This document shows positions 29,377 through 38,397 of a DNA stretch of 64,000 bases, in pieces. A program made the position numbers and the translations under genes. A model generated the notes under the pieces. It did not search any database. It was not told where the DNA came from and saw only the letters and a program-made list of their open reading frames with translations. This DNA is from Lysobacterales bacterium (GTDB lineage Bacteria; Pseudomonadota; Gammaproteobacteria; Xanthomonadales; SZUA-5). Each line of letters begins with the position of its first letter. Position 1 is the first letter of the stretch. Location of the stretch: NCBI GenBank assembly GCA_022844165.1, contig JALHMH010000004.1:64001-128000 (forward strand), read 5' to 3'.

Positions 29377-32300
29377 ATGCGAGTCGCTCGACGCGTGATT
29401 CCGGCGGTACTTGCGTTTTTTTGTGCCACATCCTTGGGGGCGTCTGAGGGCTACCTTCGGCATCCAGCACTGCGTGGTGATACGGTAGTGTTCACAGCCG
29501 AGGGCGATCTCTGGTCGGTGCCAGCGACAGGTGGACTCGCTCGGCGCCTGACGTCGCACCCCGCGGAAGAGACTCAGGCGGCCATCTCACCGGATGGTCG
29601 CGAAATCGCCTTTGTTGCGTCGTACGACGATGCGCCAGACATCTACGCCATGCCGATCGACGGCGGTTCGCCGCGCCGGCTGAGTTTTTTGGCCGGGCGC
29701 GTCTTTCTCCAAGGGTACGACCAGGATTACAAACTTTGGTACAGCAGCGACAACACGGTTGGACCAACCAACGCGCGGATCTTGCGCACCGTTGACCCGG
29801 ACACATTGGAAACGCGCGAATGGCCATTGTCCGACGTGGCCGATGCCAGTCTAAGCGCTGACGGTAAGCTCCTTTGGTTCACTCAATTTGGCTTGGCGAT
29901 CACCAACGACAACGCACGACACTATCGCGGCGGGGCAATGGCCAGATTGTTTCGGATCGACGCCGAACTGCGCAAAGATGCGCTGCCAATCGGCAGCCAA
30001 TTGAACATCAATCTTGCGTCTCCACTGGCTTGGCGGGAAGGTGCGATCGTTACCAGCGATGCGGACGGAATTGCCAACCTTTGGTGGTTGAGTCACGATG
30101 GCAGCGAACGCCGTTCGCTCACGCAGCATCGCGATTTTGAGGTGCGCGGTGCAGCGATCGATGGCGACCGCGTGATCTATCAGCATGGCGCAGATCTGCG
30201 CATTCTCGATTTGACGAACGGCGATGATCGTCGCCTGGACATCCGTCTGGTATCAGACTTCGATCAACGTCGCCCACGTGTCATCAAGAACCCCCTCGAT
30301 TTCGTTCAATCGATAAATCTTGCGCACGACGGCGGTCGGCTTGCGATCAGCGCTCGTGGACGCGTGGCCTTGGCAGGATTGGGCGCACTGCGGCGAGTGG
30401 ACATCGATGCGCCCGGGACCTTGAGACTACGCGCTGCCGTGTTGGCGGCCGATGGTCGATCGGTTTTTGCTGTTGTCGATGCGGGTCGCGGCAGCGCGAT
30501 TCACCGATTCGCGACCGACGGAAGTGGCAAGGGCGAGCGCTTAGCCGAAGCAGGCGATGAATACTTTTGGCGGCTGTATCCGGATCCGAAGGGTCGCCAC
30601 CTGGCCTACGACGACAAACAGGGACGTTTGTGGTTACTCAACCTCAAAACCGGGAAGAGTCAACAAATCGATCGCTCGCCGCATGCGCAAGATGACGTTT
30701 ACACCAACGTCGTCTGGTCGCCCGATGGCAACTCACTGGCAGTGGTTCGACCCAATAGCGCGCGCTTGCTCAATCAACTACTGGTAATCGATGTGTTGTC
30801 AGAGCCGCGTGTGCATCCGCTGACGAGCGATCGCTACGAGAGCTTCGATCCAGCGTTCTCGCGCGACGGCCAATGGTTGTATTTCTTTTCCAACCGGAAC
30901 TTCCAAACCCAGCCTGGAGGACCGTGGGGCGATCGCAACACGGGCCCGGGTTACGATCGACGAACGAAGCTCTATGCGCTGGCGTTACAGGCAAAAATCC
31001 CGTTCCCATTTGCGCCGCCGGATGAGTTGACCGAAACCGATACGAATGGACAGGCCACCGACGCCAAAGATGTCCCGTCGCAGCCGATCGAATATGACGG
31101 TTTGGCCGAGCGCTTGTTTGAAGTACCGTTACCTCCTGGCAACTATTCGAGCTTGAGCGCCAACAGCGAACACCTGTACTTCTTGAATCGCGCAGCAACG
31201 GCTGAGGCCAAACCCGAGTTGAAAGTGCTGGCGATTGCACCAAATTCAGAGGCGCGCGTTTTTGCAGGCGATGTTCTTAACTATCAGCTCTCAGCGGATG
31301 CCAGGAAGTTGCTGTTGGTGAAGGCTGGCAGCGATCCAACCAGTCAGGCGCCCGGCAAGATATTGATCGTCGACGCCAGTGCGAGCGCACCCGAAGACAG
31401 CAGCAAGGCCGAGGTGATGCTGAGCGCCTGGCAGCTGATGATCGATCCGGTTCAGGAGTGGCAACAGATGTTCGACGACGCCTGGCGCATGCATCGCCAG
31501 TTTTCCTTCGATCCAGCGATGCGTGGCGTTGACTGGGACGAAGTGCGCGAACGCTATGTGGCACTGCTGCCGCGTGTGAGCGATCGCGCCGAGCTCGATG
31601 ATTTGCTCGCACAAATGAGCAGCGAAGTTGGATTGCTACATTCGCAAGTTCGCGGTGCCGACTACCGCAAAGACCCTGACGCGGTGTCCGCCGCTGCGCT
31701 TGGCGCCATGATTGGCGTCGATCGTTCGGGCCTTTACGTCGCGAGTCTTTATCGGGGCGAATTCGAGCTTCCCAGCGAGCGCGGGCCTTTGGCGCAGCCG
31801 GGCGTAGATGTGTATGAAGGCGACCGCATTCGTGCCATCAACGGCCGTGAAGTCCGCACATTAGATGAGCTGGTGCGGGGCCTGGCTGGGCGATCCGGGC
31901 AGCAAACGCTGATCGGATTCGCGCGGGGCGAGGAGGATTTTCGCCGCGTTGTCGTGCCCGTTACTGTGGATCGCGACGCGCAGCTCAGGTATGGCGATTG
32001 GGTTCAACGTACGCGTGCCAAAGTCGAAGCGGGTGCCGATGGAGAAATTGGCTATTTGCATCTGCGGCAGATGGGTAGCGGCGACATGGCGAGTTTCGTT
32101 CGCGAGTTCTACGCGAACGTCGACCGCGCGGGATTGATCATCGATGTGCGCCGCAACCGAGGCGGCAACATCGACGCATGGGTGATCGAAAAACTGCTCA
32201 AACGCGCTTGGGCGTTTTGGCAACCGCCGGGTACCGCGCCGTATTGGAACATGCAACAGAGTTTTCGTGGGCACCTGGTGGTACTGGCGGATCAATTGAC

Positions 32301-32658
32301 CTATTCGGATGGCGAGACCTTTGCCGCCGGCGTCAAAGCTCTGGGTCTTGGCCCGGTGATTGGCATGCGGACGGCGGGCGCTGGCATCTGGTTGTCGGAC
32401 CGCAATCGACTTGCCGACAACGGCGTAGCGCGAATTGCCGAGTTCGGACAGTTCGATCAAGATGGCCGTTGGATGATCGAAGGCTTTGGTGTTGAACCTG
32501 ATATCGCTATCGACAATCCACCGCTGGCAACCGGCCGCGGTGGCGACGCGCAGCTCGATGCCGCCATCGCGGAACTCAAACGGCGAATGGCCGCAGAGCC
32601 CGTTGTGCAGCCGCCTGCCGAGATCATCCCGCCGCTCGGCAAGACCGGACGGGGCTAA
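29377..32658 (+). CDS. Tricorn-type protease (peptidase S41)
   Basis: Signal peptide; GYLRHP, FTAEGDLW.V, propeller repeats, EWQQMFDDAWR, PDZ, IGYLHL, IIDVRRNRGGNID, SDGE, IEGFGVEPDI. Confidence 0.93.
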   Translation: MRVARRVIPAVLAFFCATSLGASEGYLRHPALRGDTVVFTAEGDLWSVPATGGLARRLTSHPAEETQAAISPDGREIAFVASYDDAPDIYAMPIDGGSPRRLSFLAGRVFLQGYDQDYKLWYSSDNTVGPTNARILRTVDPDTLETREWPLSDVADASLSADGKLLWFTQFGLAITNDNARHYRGGAMARLFRIDAELRKDALPIGSQLNINLASPLAWREGAIVTSDADGIANLWWLSHDGSERRSLTQHRDFEVRGAAIDGDRVIYQHGADLRILDLTNGDDRRLDIRLVSDFDQRRPRVIKNPLDFVQSINLAHDGGRLAISARGRVALAGLGALRRVDIDAPGTLRLRAAVLAADGRSVFAVVDAGRGSAIHRFATDGSGKGERLAEAGDEYFWRLYPDPKGRHLAYDDKQGRLWLLNLKTGKSQQIDRSPHAQDDVYTNVVWSPDGNSLAVVRPNSARLLNQLLVIDVLSEPRVHPLTSDRYESFDPAFSRDGQWLYFFSNRNFQTQPGGPWGDRNTGPGYDRRTKLYALALQAKIPFPFAPPDELTETDTNGQATDAKDVPSQPIEYDGLAERLFEVPLPPGNYSSLSANSEHLYFLNRAATAEAKPELKVLAIAPNSEARVFAGDVLNYQLSADARKLLLVKAGSDPTSQAPGKILIVDASASAPEDSSKAEVMLSAWQLMIDPVQEWQQMFDDAWRMHRQFSFDPAMRGVDWDEVRERYVALLPRVSDRAELDDLLAQMSSEVGLLHSQVRGADYRKDPDAVSAAALGAMIGVDRSGLYVASLYRGEFELPSERGPLAQPGVDVYEGDRIRAINGREVRTLDELVRGLAGRSGQQTLIGFARGEEDFRRVVVPVTVDRDAQLRYGDWVQRTRAKVEAGADGEIGYLHLRQMGSGDMASFVREFYANVDRAGLIIDVRRNRGGNIDAWVIEKLLKRAWAFWQPPGTAPYWNMQQSFRGHLVVLADQLTYSDGETFAAGVKALGLGPVIGMRTAGAGIWLSDRNRLADNGVARIAEFGQFDQDGRWMIEGFGVEPDIAIDNPPLATGRGGDAQLDAAIAELKRRMAAEPVVQPPAEIIPPLGKTGRG

Positions 32659-32771
32659 CGACTCGGTTCGGGCAATTCGCAGGCAGCCGGCGCGGCCAGA
32701 CCATTGGCACATGAGTCGCTAGCTGGCGCTGGCGACACTGCGTTCCATTGAAACGATGGAGCGATGGTTGA

Positions 32772-33665
32772 ATGCTGGCGATCGAAAGCACGAAGCTCAC
32801 CCGACGCTTTCCACAAGGAGGCGGAATCAGCGGCCTGGATTTAGCGGTGCCGACCGGCAGTCTGTATGGATTCGTGGGACCCAATGGCGCGGGTAAGACG
32901 ACAACCATCCGTCTGCTGTTGGGCTTGCTTCGCCAACAGAGCGGAGCAGTGCTGATCGACGGTGCACCCGCCTCGCGCACGACCCGCGCAAAACTCGGGG
33001 CTCTCATCGAGTCACCATCCGTTTACGGCCATCTCAGCGGCTACGATAACTTGGACGTGACGCGCCGCTTGCTCGACAAACCGCGCGCTGCAATTCACGC
33101 GGTGCTGGATCGGGTTGGGTTGCGTTATGCGGCTCACCAACGTGCGAGCGACTATTCGCTTGGCATGCGCCAGAGGCTCGGTTTGGCCCTGACCTTACTC
33201 GCGGCACCATCGATCCTAATCCTCGATGAACCGTCCAACGGGCTCGATCCTCAAGGCATCGCGGACTTACGCGTACTTCTGCGTAGCTTCGTTGCCGAAG
33301 AACGCATGACGCTGATGGTCTCTTCTCACCTTCTGAGTGAGGTCGAGCAGACGGCGACGCACATCGGTGTTCTGTACCGCGGCGAATTGAAGTTCCAAGG
33401 TGCGATCACCGAGTTGCTTGCGAAGGCCCGGCCGTTGGTTTATGTGGGCTGCGATCGCCCGACCGAGGCAGCGGCGCTGCTGCACGGTGCGGGTATCGAT
33501 GCAGTACAGGTCGACTCGCGGCTGCGAATCGACAGCGCAGTGCCGCCCCATGTGGTGAATCGCCGTCTGGTCGACGCCGGCTTGCGCGTCAACGAGCTGA
33601 TCAGCGAGCGGCCATCGCTCGAATCGATGTTCTTCGGTCTGACGCAAGCTGCAGAAGGAGGCTGA
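32772..33665 (+). CDS. ABC transporter ATP-binding protein (BcrA/LanF-like)
   Basis: GPNGAGKTTT, IESP..Y.HLSG.DNL, YSLGMRQRLG, LDEPSNGLDP, SSHLLSEV. Confidence 0.9.
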   Translation: MLAIESTKLTRRFPQGGGISGLDLAVPTGSLYGFVGPNGAGKTTTIRLLLGLLRQQSGAVLIDGAPASRTTRAKLGALIESPSVYGHLSGYDNLDVTRRLLDKPRAAIHAVLDRVGLRYAAHQRASDYSLGMRQRLGLALTLLAAPSILILDEPSNGLDPQGIADLRVLLRSFVAEERMTLMVSSHLLSEVEQTATHIGVLYRGELKFQGAITELLAKARPLVYVGCDRPTEAAALLHGAGIDAVQVDSRLRIDSAVPPHVVNRRLVDAGLRVNELISERPSLESMFFGLTQAAEGG

Positions 33666-33667
33666 CA

Positions 33668-34432
33668 ATGATGAGTCCCTATGGGCGTGCGCTTCAGGCC
33701 GAGATACTGAAATTGAGAAACACGTTAGCCTTGCGCTTGACTCTGATTGCACCCTTGGTTGTGGTGGGTCTGGTGACTGTGCAATGGCTGATGCAAGGTC
33801 GCTCGCCAGTACCGAGTGATGCACTGCCAGCGCGTGTATGGGCAGATTTTGCGGGCGCCGTTCTGGGCATTTTCGTGATACTGATGTTGCCGCTTTACGT
33901 GACCCTGCAGTCGGCGCTGCTGGCGCAACTGGAGCACCAGGACCGGCAATGGAAACACCTTTTGGCATTGCCGCTGCCGCGTTCGAGCTACTTCGTTGCG
34001 AAGCTGATGGCGCTGGCCCTGCTGGTGGCGCTCAGCATGTTGGTGTTGACAGTGTTGATTCCCGTTGTAGGCAGCCTCTTGCATCTGCGGGCATCGATAC
34101 CCATCGCAGGCTGGCCAGACCTGATCGACATCGCGCGTTCGCTTGGTCGGGTGTACTTATGTGCGGCGCTGCTCATCGTGTTGCAGGCATGCATCGCACT
34201 TTATTGGAAGAGCTTTACCGTAGCGGTTTCGATCGGAATGAGTGCAACGGTGATGGGTTTCATCATTGGTCAATCAAGCGAATTTGGCCCGTGGTTTCCG
34301 TGGACGATGCCCATCCAACCTCTGACGCGGCATCCTGCGCCGGAGCAAGTCATGCTGATCAGCAGCCTCGCCGCGGTGCTCATGGCCATTCTGGCTGCCT
34401 ATGAGTTCGAGCGCCGCGAGTTTTTCGATTGA
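33668..34432 (+). CDS. ABC-2 permease (LanE/LanG-like)
   Basis: AEILKLR, EH...WKHLLALP......AK, multiple TMs, PWFPWT.P. Confidence 0.85.
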   Translation: MMSPYGRALQAEILKLRNTLALRLTLIAPLVVVGLVTVQWLMQGRSPVPSDALPARVWADFAGAVLGIFVILMLPLYVTLQSALLAQLEHQDRQWKHLLALPLPRSSYFVAKLMALALLVALSMLVLTVLIPVVGSLLHLRASIPIAGWPDLIDIARSLGRVYLCAALLIVLQACIALYWKSFTVAVSIGMSATVMGFIIGQSSEFGPWFPWTMPIQPLTRHPAPEQVMLISSLAAVLMAILAAYEFERREFFD

Positions 34433-34456
34433 TCGAACCGGGGCCGCAGGTATGAT
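34429..34456 (+). promoter_or_regulatory. Putative sigma-70 promoter for the SEC-C gene
   Basis: TTGATC-N16-TATGAT, about 40 nt upstream of ATG 34496. Confidence 0.45.
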
Positions 34457-34495
34457 CGCGCTGCCCATCGTCGGGCAGTTGGCTGGAGCATTGCC

Positions 34496-34735
34496 ATGAA
34501 TACCGAATTTAAAGATCAGGCGAGCTTTTGAGGTCACGAGCAAACGCCGCAAAGGATTCCCGTCTGAAACCCAGGTGAAGCGTGGACCGCGCTTCGTTCA
34601 CATCGACAAAGAACTGCTGGAGAAGCTCGGTCGGAATGACCCGTGCCCGTGCGGTTCCGGGAGGTTGTTTCAAACGCTGTTGTCTGATCAGCGGTAGCTT
34701 TTGATGGCGTCAATCGCCAAGACTATGTCCGTTAA
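34496..34735 (+). CDS. SEC-C motif zinc-binding small protein requiring three +1 frameshifts (78 aa)
   Basis: SD GGAG 34485-34488, ATG 34496. Segments [11 protein letters not shown] / [47 protein letters not shown] / [10 protein letters not shown] / [10 protein letters not shown] are joined at TTT-TGA (34526), TTT-CAA (34668) and TTT-TGA (34699). Confidence 0.7.
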
Positions 34736-34739
34736 CGGG

Positions 34740-34772
34740 AGGACCGCGATCGGAAGCGATCGCGGTCCTTTT
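34740..34772 (+). terminator. Intrinsic terminator
   Basis: AGGACCGCGATCG-GAAG-CGATCGCGGTCCT-TTT: 13-bp perfect stem followed by a short T-run, between convergent genes. Confidence 0.85.
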
Positions 34773-35167
34773 CACGCGATCTGGCGCAACCAGTCTTGCA
34801 GGTTGTAGTAATTACTGACTCGGCTGATTTTCCCGTTGTCGATGTCAAAAAACGCGCCACCGGGCAACCGATACTGCTGGCCGTTTGCAGCCGGCAGACC
34901 TACGTCTGTGGTCAAATATTGACCGATCACGACGTATTCCGCCGCAGCATGTTTGCCATCGTCGGCGGCGAGGATACGAATATCTGTCAAGTGCTCCAGA
35001 TAGCTCACGCGCATTCGCTGCAAAAAGTCCGCGAATGCGGCCCGGCCGATTTCTCGTGCGCCCTGGTTCAGATCGTGGGCAACGTTGTCAGCCAGGAGAT
35101 CGAGCATGCCTTGCCAATCGGCGCGATTGAATGCTTCGTAGTAAACCGCAATCAGTGCTGCTGACAA
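34772..35167 (-). CDS. Ketosteroid isomerase-related / SnoaL-like (NTF2) protein
   Basis: YYEAFN..DW.GML..L...V.HD.NQG..E.G...F..F, AAAEY.V.G.Y..TD.GLP.A.GQ.Y.LP.GAFF, YYNLQDW. Confidence 0.85.
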   Translation of the reverse strand: MSAALIAVYYEAFNRADWQGMLDLLADNVAHDLNQGAREIGRAAFADFLQRMRVSYLEHLTDIRILAADDGKHAAAEYVVIGQYLTTDVGLPAANGQQYRLPGGAFFDIDNGKISRVSNYYNLQDWLRQIA

Positions 35168-35182
35168 TTCGACCTCTTGCTG

Positions 35183-36121
35183 TTAGAACGCGTAGCCAAA
35201 CTCCTCCAAGAATCGTGCCTTGAACTGAGTCAAGTCGAATCGTTGGTTCTGCGTGCCGGCGTGTTCTATCTTGATGGCGCCCATCAATGAGGCAATTCGG
35301 CCGGTCGTTTCGTAGTCGAAATCGTTCATCAGGCCATAAATGAGCCCGGCACGATAGGCGTCGCCGCAGCCGGTGGGGTCGAGTACCTGCTGTGCACGGG
35401 CCGACGGAATGTCAATGACACCGTCGCGCGTGTGCCATAGCGAACCTTCGCCACCGCGGGTCACGATGTAGGCGCTGACCTTCGATGCAATCTGAGCGGG
35501 CGACCAGCCGGTGCGTTCGGTCAGCAGTTGCGACTCGTAGTCGTTAACCGACACGTACGTGGCCTGCTCAATGAAGGCGCGGAACTCCTCGCCATTGAAC
35601 AGTGGCAGCGCCTGGCCAGGATCGAAGATGAAAGGAATGCCCATCGATTTGAACTCGGCGGCATGCTGCAGCATGGCATCGCGGTTGTCCGGCGCCACGA
35701 TACCGAATGCCGCACCGCGCACATCCTTGACGTGCGCGCCGTGGCTTTGCGTCATCGCCCCGGGATGAAACGCCGTGATCTGGTTGTCGTCCAAATCGGT
35801 CGTGATGTATGCCTGCGCGGTGTAGTGGTCTGGCAATTCGCGCACGCAGCGCAGATCGACGCCCATGGCCTCGAAGTGTTGTCGATACGGCTCGAAATCG
35901 CGACCCACAGAACCAAAAGGCACCGGATGACCGCCGAGGAGCTTTAAGTTGTAGCTGATGTTGCCAGCGCACCCGCCAAACTCGCGGCGCAGTTTCGGTA
36001 CATAGAAGGCAACGCTGAGCATGTGCACTTTATCGGCCAGGATGTGGTTTTTGAAGCGATCCTCGAACACCATGATGGTGTCGTACGCGAGCGAACCGCA
36101 GATCAGGGCTTGTTTGGACAT
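35183..36121 (-). CDS. PfkB-family carbohydrate/nucleoside kinase (adenosine kinase-like)
   Basis: ICGSLAYDTIM, FGGCAGNI, DPGQ, NDYE, DPTGCGDAYRAG. Confidence 0.9.
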   Translation of the reverse strand: MSKQALICGSLAYDTIMVFEDRFKNHILADKVHMLSVAFYVPKLRREFGGCAGNISYNLKLLGGHPVPFGSVGRDFEPYRQHFEAMGVDLRCVRELPDHYTAQAYITTDLDDNQITAFHPGAMTQSHGAHVKDVRGAAFGIVAPDNRDAMLQHAAEFKSMGIPFIFDPGQALPLFNGEEFRAFIEQATYVSVNDYESQLLTERTGWSPAQIASKVSAYIVTRGGEGSLWHTRDGVIDIPSARAQQVLDPTGCGDAYRAGLIYGLMNDFDYETTGRIASLMGAIKIEHAGTQNQRFDLTQFKARFLEEFGYAF

Positions 36122-36353
36122 GGTTTTCTTGTTGAGCGTGATGCCGCGGAGACTAGCAGGGTTGCACCTTTGGCGACGTCCGGTGAGCGACGTACCGATG
36201 CCGCGAACGCCAAGGTAAGCCCTGCGTTTCATCCGGGAGGTCCGAATAACCTGCTGCGCGGGCTGATGGGATTTGCCAATGTTGCTCGCGCTTGTCGAAT
36301 CTACGTGAATCGCGCGTTATGATCGCGACATCTGCAAGCCGGGGATACGCTCG

Positions 36354-38396
36354 ATGTCGTGGGGACGTGAGACGGGCAAGGGGCTTCAAGTTTCACTGTT
36401 GGCGATGGTACTGGTCGCTTGCGGCGGCGGCGGCGGCCCGGAGACGGTCGGTACCGCACCGCCGGCGTCAGGCGCGCCTGCGCAGGGCTGTACTGGGTCG
36501 TGTGCAAATGCCCAGTCGTTCTTGACCGCGGCCGACGTGAACACCGTCATCGCTCAGGCGGTGGCCGAAGCGTCTGCTAACACCGCGCCGGCGACCATCG
36601 CCGTTGTTGATCGCGTCGGCAATGTTCTTGCCGTGTATCGGATGACCGGTGCGCGTGGGCTGGTCAACATCAATTCCAACCGCAATGTCGTCGGTGGCCT
36701 TGAGAATTTGAACGTGCCCAGTGAGCTCGCGGCTATCGCAAAAGCGATCACTGGTGCGTATTTGTCGAGCGAAGGCAATGCGTTCTCGACGCGCACTGCA
36801 AGCCAGATTGTCCAGGAGACTTTTAATCCGGGCGAAAGCAACGCGCCATCCGGACCGCTGTTTGGCGTCCAATTCAGTCAGCTCCCCTGCTCCGATTTCA
36901 TGCTGCGTTTCGCAACTGGGCAGAGTCCTGGCGTTGGGCCCAAACGCTCTCCGCTCGGTTTATCAGCAGATCCTGGCGGATTTCCGTTATACAAAAATGG
37001 TGTGCCGGTGGGTGGCGTTGGTGTAGCGGCCGACCCGCTCTACACACTCGATCGACGGATCCTGGATCGCGATCGCGATATCGACGAGCTGATCGGGCTC
37101 GCTGCAACATTCGGATATGGCGCGCCGGCAGATCGACGTGGAGACGTCATCACGGCGGATGGAAAAACGTTCCGCTACACCGATGTCGAATACGCAGATT
37201 TAGCCCGCGCACCCGGCAATGCCCCGGCATTGACGCCGGCCAATGGCAGCTTGATCAAGGTCCCGGCCTACGCCGATGCGGTCGTGCGCGAGGGCACGGC
37301 ATTTGGTCAGCCGGCCTCAGGCATCCGCCCGGCCGACAGCGATCTGGCCGATCTCGACGCCTTCATCCTGGTCGATGGAAACAACCAGAACCGGTTTGCG
37401 CCTCGCGCCGGAACGGAGCCCTCGGGCGCGCTCACTGCAAATGAAGCGCAGACGGTATTGCGCGAAGCACTGAAGGTCGCCAATCGCGCCCGCGCGCAAA
37501 TTCGTCAACCTTTCGGTAGCCAGGCACGAGTGAGTTTTTCGGTCGTCGATACGCGCGGCACGGTGCTCGCCCTGGCGCGTACTCGCGATGCGCCGGTGTT
37601 CGGTCTGGATGTGAGCTTGCAAAAGGCCCGTGCGGCAGCGTTTTTCTCCAGTGCGGCCGCGGCTGCCGATATCAGCAGTTTGCCGCCTGCGACATTTTTT
37701 GGCTCGGCGCTGAATGCTCAAGGCCTGCAACTCTCAACCGTGGGTAGCACGCCGCTTGTATCTTATGTCACGCGGACTCGCGAGTTCCTGGGATCGGCGA
37801 CGTCGTTGGGCGACGGTGCGATTGCTTACGCAAATCGTTCGGTCGGGAACCTCGCTCGGCCGTTCTATCCGGATGGCATCATCGGGTTGCCAGCGGGTCC
37901 TTTTTCCAACGAATTCGACTCGTGGAGTCCTTTTGACGTCGGTCTGCAACTGGACCTGGCATACAACCAGCTGGCGCTTCATGTAGCGCACTATGTGAAT
38001 CAACTGGGTGCGGCCATTTTTCTGGACGGGCGGCTATTGGCGCCAGCGCCCACCGCCCAGAATCCTGTGCCATTGCCCGACATCGGCTTTAGTTGTACCG
38101 GTCTGCCGCGAATTCCAAACGGTATTCAAATATTCCCTGGCAGCGTACCAATTTATCGTGGCGAGCAGCTTGTCGGTGCGATTGGCATCTCGGGCGATGG
38201 CGTTGACCAGGACGATATGATCGCGTTTCTGGGTCTGCACAATGCATCAGTCGCTTTGAACGGATCGATTGGTAACGCTCCCGGCGCTCGCCGGGCCGAT
38301 CAGCTGGCCCCGCGCGGCGCGCGCTTGCGCTACGTACAGTGTCCGCAAGCGCCATTCATCGATAGCAACGAGCAAAACGTCTGCGAGGGCAAATGA
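36354..38396 (+). CDS. Lipoprotein with two GlcG/HbpS-like heme-binding domains
   Basis: Lipobox LVAC; IAVVDRVGNVL...AIAKA...GGFPLYKNGVPVGGVGV and FSVVDTRGTVL...SLQKAR...GSVPIYRGEQLVGAIGISGDG. Confidence 0.8.
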   Translation: MSWGRETGKGLQVSLLAMVLVACGGGGGPETVGTAPPASGAPAQGCTGSCANAQSFLTAADVNTVIAQAVAEASANTAPATIAVVDRVGNVLAVYRMTGARGLVNINSNRNVVGGLENLNVPSELAAIAKAITGAYLSSEGNAFSTRTASQIVQETFNPGESNAPSGPLFGVQFSQLPCSDFMLRFATGQSPGVGPKRSPLGLSADPGGFPLYKNGVPVGGVGVAADPLYTLDRRILDRDRDIDELIGLAATFGYGAPADRRGDVITADGKTFRYTDVEYADLARAPGNAPALTPANGSLIKVPAYADAVVREGTAFGQPASGIRPADSDLADLDAFILVDGNNQNRFAPRAGTEPSGALTANEAQTVLREALKVANRARAQIRQPFGSQARVSFSVVDTRGTVLALARTRDAPVFGLDVSLQKARAAAFFSSAAAAADISSLPPATFFGSALNAQGLQLSTVGSTPLVSYVTRTREFLGSATSLGDGAIAYANRSVGNLARPFYPDGIIGLPAGPFSNEFDSWSPFDVGLQLDLAYNQLALHVAHYVNQLGAAIFLDGRLLAPAPTAQNPVPLPDIGFSCTGLPRIPNGIQIFPGSVPIYRGEQLVGAIGISGDGVDQDDMIAFLGLHNASVALNGSIGNAPGARRADQLAPRGARLRYVQCPQAPFIDSNEQNVCEGK

Positions 38397-38397
38397 C

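Noticed and set aside
34496-34735. Treating the SEC-C locus as an ordinary pseudogene, or its TGA codons as selenocysteine/readthrough
   Set aside because: Readthrough would not change frame, whereas the SEC-C motif needs +1 shifts. Three breaks of the same sign at the same codon type, with SD-like context and intact expression signals, are unlike random decay. Sequencing error is still not excluded.
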